In this document: in pieces, positions 1 to 6,966 of the stretch
Layout of the letters: each line of letters starts with the position of its first letter
Numbering within the stretch: the stretch's first letter is position 1
Assembly: GCF_006345805.1 (NCBI RefSeq)
Contig: NW_021828948.1
Location: 1-7,432, forward strand
Length of the DNA stretch: 7,432 bases
Origin: Octopus sinensis
Taxonomy: Eukaryota
Direction of reading: 5' to 3'
Translations under genes and position numbers: made by a program
The notes under the pieces: generated by a model
Seen by the model: the letters and a program-made list of their open reading frames with translations, nothing else
Databases searched by the model: none
What the model was told of the DNA's origin: nothing

Positions 1-280
1 GTCACCATCACCACCATCTCATCATCGTCACATCATCAAACCATCATCATCGTCACCTCATCATCATATCATCATCACCATCATCATTCGTCACCAATCA
101 TCATCATCATCGTCACCATCATCATCACCATCATCATCATCACCACCACAATCATCATAATCACCACCATCATCACCATCATCATTCATCATCACCATCA
201 TCGTCACCATCACCATCATCACCATCATCGTCACCATCATCATCACCATCATCATCCTTACCATCATCGTCACCATCATC

Positions 281-312
<32 letters not shown>

Positions 313-1143
313 CGTCACCATCACCATCATCACCATCATCGTCACCATCACCATCATCACCATCATCGTCACCATCACCATCATCATCATCATCGTCACC
401 ATCATCATCATCATCATCGTCACCATCATCACCATCATCATCACCATCATCATCCTTACCATCCATCGTCACCATCCTCAGCATCACCACCATCATCACC
501 ATTAATAACAACATCGTCATGATGATGATCATCATCATCAGCACAAACTAACAGCAGCAACAAAAACATCATCATCATCATCATCATCACCTCATCATCA
601 ATCGTCACCATCACCATCTCACCATCATCGTCACCATATCATCACCATCATCATCCTTACCATCACATCATCATCATCATCATCGTCACCATCATCACCA
701 TCATCACCATCATCACCACCATCATCACCATCAATAACAAACCCGTCATGATGATGATCATCATCATCAGACACAAGACTAACAGCAGCAACAAAAACAT
801 CATCATCATCATCATCATCACCATCATCATCATCGTCACCATCACCATCATCACCATCATCGTCACCATCATCATCACCATCATCATCCTTACCATCATC
901 ATCATCATCATCATCATCGTCACCATCATCACCATCATCACCATCATCACCACCATCATCACCATCAATAACAACATCGTCATGATGATGATCATCATCA
1001 TCAGACACAAGACTAACAGCAGCAACAAAAACATCATCATCATCATCAACAACAACACCAACAACGGCAGCAACAAAAACAACAACATCGTCATCACCAT
1101 CCTCCTCACCATCCTCATCACCATCAGCAACACCAACAACAAC
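1..1143. repeat. (CAT/CAC/CGT)n trinucleotide low-complexity array with ~200-235 bp higher-order repeat
   Basis: Continuous catcat/caccat runs. The marker block aataacaa..cgtcatgatgatgatcatcatcatcag..ctaacagcagcaacaaaaacatc recurs at ~504, ~733 and ~967; tccttacc recurs at 255, 453, 654 and 887. Confidence 0.95.
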
Positions 1144-1196
1144 GAAAGTAATCAACCCTAACGAAATACACCCGTTTTGAATTAAGAAAGTCGTTG

Positions 1197-1210
1197 GTTT
1201 CCATGGAGAC
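1197..1210. promoter_or_regulatory. X-box-like (RFX-type) palindrome GTTTCCATGGAGAC
   Basis: 13/14 match to the perfect palindrome GTTTCCATGGAAAC and fits the known RFX consensus GTTNCCATGGNAAC apart from one base; lies in unique sequence. Function untested. Confidence 0.3.
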
Positions 1211-1381
1211 AAAATACAAGAGCATCGGTAATTGGCAGACGACATCTTCTCCCCCACCCCAGAACTACACACACACGTACATGCCGCACCACCGTCAACA
1301 CCATCTGCAGCTACAACGTCGCGTTAATGCTGCCGTTGACCCCATCATTATAATCGGACACCAACATTATCGGCTCAGACG

Positions 1382-1414
1382 CCACCACACCACCACCACC
1401 ACCACCACCACCAC
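1382..1414. repeat. (CCA)n microsatellite
   Basis: ccaccacaccaccaccaccaccaccaccaccac read directly. Confidence 0.9.
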
Positions 1415-1810
1415 ACTATCAGCATCGCCAGCGCCACCACCAACACGACAACTAACACAGCTAGCAAATTTTGTAAGTTCCCCGCTACCTCTGTTCCGGG
1501 GGGAAACTTCTGAAAATTTCTAAGCCTATTCACGTGAGAATCCACTGCCAATTAAACTGCTTTCTAAACAGATACTAATTTGAGCTTCCCTACTACACCC
1601 CCCCCTCAGAAAAATTTGGATTCCAATCAGAAGCAAGATAATTGCAGCGTAGATCCAAGTCTTTCTATTTCACTTAACTTTTGAAAAGCAGAAAACCTGT
1701 GAAACATGTAAAGCCTTTGAAAACAAACCATTTAAAGGACTTCAAGTGCATTTTCAATTTCTCTTATTTACAGGTCTACACGTATAGAATAAAATAACTT
1801 TTTCTATTGA

Positions 1811-1880
1811 TCTATCTACAAGTCTCTGTCTTTCTATCTATCTATTTGTCTATCTATCTGTGTGTCTGTCTGTGTGTGTG

Positions 1881-1914
<34 letters not shown>

Positions 1915-1941
1915 AATCTACAAATCTATATATCTATCTAT
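1811..1941. repeat. (TCTA)n/(TCTG)n/(TG)n compound microsatellite
   Basis: Pure (TCTA)8 at 1881-1912 with degenerate flanks. Confidence 0.95.
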
Positions 1942-2203
1942 TTGTCTGGATGATGGCAGTACCGCCGGAAGTCTATAACTATTATCGAAGGAAGATAATC
2001 CCCTTGTTTACATTTGCCTTTGTATCGAGACATTCCCCTCCATATTTTAAAGAGATAATAGGCCAACAGGTTATAAAGTTAAACCCTTTCTGGACGGGAA
2101 ACCCAGGTTAACCTCATAAACCGGCCTTCACCAGGGAAGAAAAATAGACTGCGCTATTTCTTAGAGTGTGCTTTTCCTCCGGATTTATGGTTTTCCAAAA
2201 ACG

Positions 2204-2230
2204 ATATATATATATATATATATATATATA
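2204..2230. repeat. (AT)n microsatellite
   Basis: Direct reading. Confidence 0.95.
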
Positions 2231-2390
2231 AACGAACGAGCAAGAAAAAACAACAACGCGAGGACGCTCAGGAAAGGAAAGAAAAGAAAGAGGATTTCAT
2301 GTTTCGAGCGGAGCTCTTCATCGAAATATAGAAAAAGTCCAAAGAAGAGAAGACGGAGAGAGAAAAAATCGCCAACGATACACACGCGGT
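2231..2390 (-). mobile_element. Short retroelement remnant, probably a Penelope-like terminal repeat or retrozyme-like element, between microsatellites
   Basis: ~160 bp non-microsatellite insert bounded by (AT)n and (CA)n(AT)n. The minus strand is pyrimidine-rich and contains a hammerhead-like core; hammerheads are an established feature of Penelope-like element terminal repeats. No ORF or TSD visible. Confidence 0.5.
2294..2327 (-). ncRNA. Degenerate minimal type I hammerhead ribozyme motif
   Basis: Minus strand reads ATTTCGATGAA-GAGC-TCC-GCTC-GAAAC-ATG-AAAT. Stem II (4 bp) and GAAAC are intact, CUGAUGA appears as UCGAUGA, and the NUH cleavage triplet is incomplete, so this copy is likely inactive. 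Confidence 0.45.
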
Positions 2391-2412
2391 CACACACACA
2401 CACACACACACC

Positions 2413-2449
<37 letters not shown>

Positions 2450-2478
2450 ATATATTATATATATATATATATATATAT
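2391..2478. repeat. (CA)n followed by (AT)n microsatellite
   Basis: (CA)n at 2391-2411, (AT)n at 2413-2478. Confidence 0.95.
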
Positions 2479-2549
2479 CTTCGTGTATGTATGAATGCAT
2501 GTGTGCATGAATGTGGGGGTGTATATCCATGTCTGGACACACACATACA

Positions 2550-3156
2550 ATCACATCAATTATCAACAACTCCACCACACTACTCTACAGTGTATAACCT
2601 CCACCAGACCATAATTTTCACGTCGTGCCGCCGTGACCACCACCACCACCCAACTACCGTCAAGACTACAACAGCAGTCACAGCAACATCCATCGTCAGA
2701 ACTACAAGAAATTTGACAACCCCCACCACCGTCACCGCGACCACCACCCTAATCCGCCATTAGCATACGTCGTCGCCACCACAACAACACAATCACCACC
2801 ACCAACATACCATCAACACCACCACAATCACCAGCGCCGTGACCACCAATACCACCACCACTATGATCACAACTACAAAAACGTTAACAACGTTAACTAC
2901 TACTACTACTACTACTACTACTACATATGCTACTACCACCATCACCATTACTATTACTAACAACACCACTACTACTAAACCTACACCACCACCATTTCTA
3001 CTACTACTGCCACCACCGTCATCACCACCACTACCACTACTACTACTACAACAACTGCTACTACTAATACTACCACCACGACAACTACCACTATTTACTA
3101 CCACCATCACCATCACTACAACCACCACTACTATTACAACATATACTACTACTACC

Positions 3157-3188
<32 letters not shown>

Positions 3189-3580
3189 AATACTACTAAC
3201 ACCACCTCACTACAACCACCACTACTACTACTACCGGCATCACTACAACTACCACTATATACTAGTACCATCACTACCACAACAACCACCACCGCCACCA
3301 CCACCACCACAACCACCGCTACTATTACTACCAACACAACTACCACTATATACTACCACCATCACCACCACTACAACCTCCACCGCCACAACCAGCACCA
3401 CAACTGCTACTACAACTACATTACTCAGAAGTACCATAAAGATCAGAAGCACAGCAACGTCAACAGCAACAGCAGCAATATCCACCACCACCACCACCAC
3501 CACACCACCACCACACCACCACCACCACCACCGCCTCCGTCGCAACGACAACAAGAAGAAGAACAACAACAACAAAAACA
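2550..3580. repeat. (ACC/ACT/ACA)n cryptic trinucleotide low-complexity tract
   Basis: G-poor + strand with runs of acc, act, cac and aac; a 42-bp block recurs at 3082, 3246 and 3337. Confidence 0.9.
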
Positions 3581-3696
3581 TCACAGACCAAATTGATTCT
3601 ATTTAATACGCGTTGATTAAACTTGGTTATTTATTAGTTTTTACTCACTTTTAACCGGAATTTTGGTTATTGACAGCAACATATAAGTACACACAT

Positions 3697-3734
3697 GTAT
3701 ATATACAAAATAAATATATTATATATATATAGAT

Positions 3735-3795
<61 letters not shown>

Positions 3796-3879
3796 TTACA
3801 GACACACATAAATATATATATATATGTATATATATATTCTCAGACATGCTATATATATATATATAGATGACATATGATA

Positions 3880-3915
<36 letters not shown>

Positions 3916-3945
3916 TGTATGTATGTATGTATGTATGTATATATC
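3697..3945. repeat. (TA)n and (TATG)n microsatellites
   Basis: (TA)n at ~3717-3790; (TATG)n at ~3886-3937. Confidence 0.95.
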
Positions 3946-4104
3946 TCAGATTCATACATATATACCACATGTAACTATATCTAGGGGCACACGTACACAC
4001 GTGTGCCATCTACACACACGCATGTACGTACAAATACACATATACATACATATATGTACATACTGTCAAACACACGTGTATCACATATAGCTATGCCTAC
4101 ACGC

Positions 4105-4335
4105 ATACAAATATACATATATATATATATATATATGTATGTATATATATGCATGTATATATATACATATACATATACATGTATATATATATATATGCAT
4201 GTATATATATACATATACATATACATGTATATATATATATATGTATGTATATATATGCATGTATATATATACATATACATATATACATATACACATACAT
4301 ATATATATATACATATTTATATTACATACATATAC

Positions 4336-4390
<55 letters not shown>
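4105..4390. repeat. Compound (TA)n/(TACA)n array with ~45-60 bp higher-order unit
   Basis: gcatgtatatatatacatatacatat recurs at 4151, 4197 and 4257; ends in pure (TA)n. Confidence 0.9.
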
Positions 4391-4396
<6 letters not shown>

Positions 4397-4422
4397 TTTA
4401 AGCTTAATGAGGGCATTCATGT

Positions 4423-4674
4423 TTGATGTCTCTAAAGATGACCAGATTAGCAGCTGTATTCTTCATTTGGTCCCTATGTTGGCTTATAACAGGGTTAGTA
4501 CTAGCATGTAATCCAAGGTCATACCAGAGACACCGACCCGTAACAGCCGTATCAGGACACGGCGGGATTCTTGTTCTCCGTGCGAAACCTCTACTTTCTC
4601 TGAACATTTCTGATTCTGATTTTGGTACTCTGGAGTCAACTACACAACGTCACCGAGAGGGAGCTTCGGTATGA
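4423..4674 (+). CDS. Hypothetical small ORF or first coding exon with signal-peptide-like N-terminus
   Basis: [23 protein letters not shown]|CNPR from the ATG at 4438 (aagATGa context) has a basic n-region, a long h-region and V-x-A before Cys. Possible phase-0 donor TCG|GTATGA at 4669. No recognisable homology. Confidence 0.2.
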   Translation: MMSLKMTRLAAVFFIWSLCWLITGLVLACNPRSYQRHRPVTAVSGHGGILVLRAKPLLSLNISDSDFGTLESTTQRHREGASV

Positions 4675-4682
4675 TGTTCCCA

Positions 4683-5248
4683 CGGCGGCGAGCCGGAAGA
4701 AACGTTAGCATTCCGGGCGAAATGCTTAGCGGTATTTCTTCTGCCGCTACGTTCTGAGTTCAAATTCCGCCGAGGTCGACTTTGCCTTTCATCCTTTCGG
4801 GGGTCGATTAAATAAGTACCAGTTATGCACTGGGGTCGATATAATCGACTTAATCTGTTTGTCTGTCCTTGTTTGTCCTCTCTGTGTTTAGCCCCTTGTG
4901 GGTTGTAAAGAAATAGGTATTTCGTCTGCCGCTACGTTCTGAGTTCAAATTCCGCCGAGGCCGTCTTTGCCTTTCATCCTTTTGGGGTCGATATAATCGA
5001 CTTAATCTGTTTGTCTGTCCTTGTTTGTCTCTTCTGTGTTTAGCCCCTTGTGGGTAATAAAGAAATAGGTATTTCGTCTGTCTTTACATTCTGAGTTCAA
5101 ATTCCACCGAGGTCGACTTTGCCTTTCATCCTTTCGGGGTCGATAAATTAAGTACCAGTTACGCACTGGGGTCGATGTAATCGACTTAATCCGTTTGTCT
5201 GTCCTTGTTGTCCCCTGTGTTTAGCCCCTTGTGGGTAGTAAAAAAATA
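4683..5248 (+). mobile_element. tRNA-derived SINE (family A): one head plus three tandem body units, flanked by a 15-bp TSD
   Basis: Head ggcggcgagccggaagaaacgttagc (degenerate A box) and B-box-like gagttcaaattcc. Units at 4731-4915, 4916-5067 and 5068-5248. TSD ggtatgatgttccca at 4668-4682 and 5249-5263. The core gcctttcatcctttcggggtcgataa..agtaccag resembles the Deu/Nin SINE domain (from memory). Confidence 0.9.
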
Positions 5249-5310
5249 GGTATGATGTTCCCAACAAGACCTCCTGAGTTAGTTTTTAAACATAATTAAT
5301 GTCACCGGTT

Positions 5311-5432
5311 TGTGGCCATGCTGGGGCACCGCCTTGAAGAATTTCTTTTAGTTGCAAGAATCCACCCCAATACTTATTTCCATTTATAAAGCCTGGTGCT
5401 TATTCTATCGATCTCTTTTTATCGAACCGTTA
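5311..5432 (-). mobile_element. Diverged 3' fragment of SINE family B
   Basis: ggccatgctggggcaccgccttgaa..ttattctatcgatctc..cgaaccg aligns with 5497-5600 in this window; resembles a common octopus SINE tail (from memory). Confidence 0.75.
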
Positions 5433-5460
5433 ACTCGCACAAACACACACGCACCACATT

Positions 5461-5680
5461 TTCTTATTCTTTTACTTGTTTCATTCAGTTAACTGCGGCC
5501 ATGCTGGAGCGCTGCCTTAAAGGGTTTTACCCGGAGATATCGACCCAAGGACTTTGTAAAACATAGTATTTTTCTATCGGTTTCTTTTGCCGAACCGCTA
5601 TGTCATAAAGGCATAAACACACCACTGTCGGTTGTCAAGCTATGGTGGGGATACAAATACAGACACAAGACACACACATA
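5461..5680 (-). mobile_element. 3' half of SINE family B copy
   Basis: cttttacttgtttca..gcggccatgctggagc..atcgacccaaggact..ttctatcggtttcttttgccgaaccgcta..gtcggttgtcaagc..acagacaca runs into (CA)n; paralogous to 5311-5432. Confidence 0.8.
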
Positions 5681-5732
5681 AACACATGCAGACGTACACA
5701 CACACACACACACACACATAAACACATGCAGA

Positions 5733-5822
<90 letters not shown>
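5671..5822. repeat. Exact 40-bp tandem duplication within (CA)n, then (TA)n
   Basis: 5671-5710 and 5711-5750 are both cacacacataaacacatgcagacgtacacacacacacaca; (TA)n at 5764-5822. Confidence 0.95.
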
Positions 5823-5925
5823 CTTAAATATGTAGCGCGATGCTAGAAAATGGCTGACGAGTACAGCGAGTTAGACATGCTACTGAGTTAGACATGGGCC
5901 TATACTGGCCGAAACCTATCAAAGT

Positions 5926-5928
<3 letters not shown>
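5823..5928 (+). other. Unique ~105 bp island between microsatellites with split hammerhead-like motifs and a 12-bp direct repeat
   Basis: CTGACGAG at 5854-5861; gagttagacatg at 5868-5879 and 5885-5896; GGCC-TATACT-GGCC-GAAAC at 5897-5915. Confidence 0.35.
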
Positions 5929-5957
<29 letters not shown>

Positions 5958-6580
5958 TGTATGTATGTATGTATGTATGTATGTGTGTATGATGTATGTA
6001 TGTATGTATGTGTGTATGATGTATGTATGTATGTATGTATGTATGTGTGTGTGTGTATGTATGTATGTATGTATGTGTGTATGTATGTGTGTATGTGTGT
6101 ATGTATGTATGTGTGTATGTATGTGTGTATGTGTGTATGTATGTATGTATGTATGTATGTATGTGTGTATGTATGATGTATGTATGATGTATGTGTGTAT
6201 GTATGATGTATGTATGTATGTATGTATGATGTATGTGTGTATGTATGTATGTATGTATGTATGTATGTGTGTGTGTATGTATGTATGTATGTATGTGTGT
6301 GTGTGATGTATGTATGTATGTATGTATGTATGTATGTATGTGTGTATGTATGATGTATGTATGTATGTATGTGTGTATGATGTATGTGTGTATGTATGTA
6401 TGTATGTATGTATATGTGTATGTGTGTATGTATGTATGTATGTGTGTATGTATGTATGTATGTATGTATGTATGTGTGTATGTGTGTATGCATGTATGTA
6501 TGTATGTATGTATGTGTGTATGTATGATGTATGTATGTATGTGTGTATGTATGTATGATGTATGTATGTATGTATGTATA
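5929..6580. repeat. Long (TATG)n microsatellite with TGTG and TGA variants
   Basis: Direct reading, ~650 bp. Confidence 0.97.
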
Positions 6581-6917
6581 AGACAGACGTTTTTCAGTTT
6601 CCATCCTTCAGACTCACACGTGAGGGCTGCCGTTCAAGAATTTGGACCTGGACATCTCCATTTCTAGTGACTTCGTGGGCCACCTCCCAGTGGTGTCGGG
6701 CATCAACGAAGAGCCCTCGACTACAAGACGACCAAGATCTGGGGTCTCCCGCCCCTAAGCCCTTGACCATCACCTAATCACCTTACCCTCAACTCGTGAG
6801 GGCTTTATCGGCTATAGTGGAAGACACTCGGTCGTGGCGCCGCACAATGGGACAGAAGTTCTGAACCATGTGGTTCCGATGCAAACTTCTTACCACATAG
6901 CTCCCACGCCTGCGCCT
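6581..6917 (-). mobile_element. Diverged 5' half (tRNA head plus CORE-like region) of SINE family B, interrupted by an insertion
   Basis: Minus strand aggcgcaggcgtgggagctatgtggtaag..aaccacatggttc..gtgtcttccactatagcc..[insert]..ggaaactgaaa matches my recollection of the octopus CORE-type SINE head; the insert at 6629-6794 splits it. Confidence 0.65.
6629..6794 (+). mobile_element. 166-bp GC-rich insertion with 10-bp TSD; possible 5'-truncated non-LTR retroelement end or retroposed fragment
   Basis: TSD cgtgagggct at 6619-6628 and 6795-6804; no terminal inverted repeats or poly(A); open frame 6624-6758 ends in TAA followed by a short repeat-like tail. Confidence 0.55.
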
Positions 6918-6966
6918 TTTTTCATAAAAGTTTTAGAACAGTTTCCAAAAGCAGAAAGAATTGCAA

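Noticed and set aside
499-1040. CRISPR-like look of regularly spaced conserved blocks
   Set aside because: Blocks are ~70 bp, the intervening DNA is homologous microsatellite rather than unique spacers, there are no cas genes, and the context is eukaryotic
91-1272. Asp/Gly-, Met/Val- and Ile/Thr-rich ORFs on both strands
   Set aside because: Stop-free readings of (CAT/CAC)n; several overlapping frames are open at once and there is no non-repetitive domain or frame preference
1860-2546. ORFs of 74-108 aa around the microsatellites
   Set aside because: Begin in or run through (TCTA)n, (TA)n and (CA)n; IYIY/THTH content; no recognisable homology
2793-3606. 255-aa Thr/Pro-rich mucin-like ORF and antisense Val-rich ORFs
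   Set aside because: The peptide drifts between Thr, Pro/Leu and His/Tyr runs, as expected when a non-coding trinucleotide tract slips frame; no signal peptide, no true ATG start, no supported splice sites
3719-4426. Multiple YI/MYVC-type ORFs
   Set aside because: Translations of (TA)n, (TATG)n and (TACA)n
4404-4607. Minus-strand 67-aa [14 protein letters not shown]
   Set aside because: Short, no recognisable motif, antisense to the better-formed signal-peptide ORF; chance-level length
4684-4770. tRNA gene (also 7300-7387 and 6850-6917)
   Set aside because: A- and B-box-like motifs are present, but there is no complete cloverleaf or acceptor stem and they run straight into SINE bodies; treated as SINE heads
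5900-6667. 234-aa His/Thr/Tyr/Ile ORF and MYVC ORFs
   Set aside because: Pure (TATG)n/(CATA)n translations
6753-6790. Telomere-like CCCTAA motifs
   Set aside because: Only one exact CCCTAA plus loose variants and no tandem array; better explained as the tail of the nested insert
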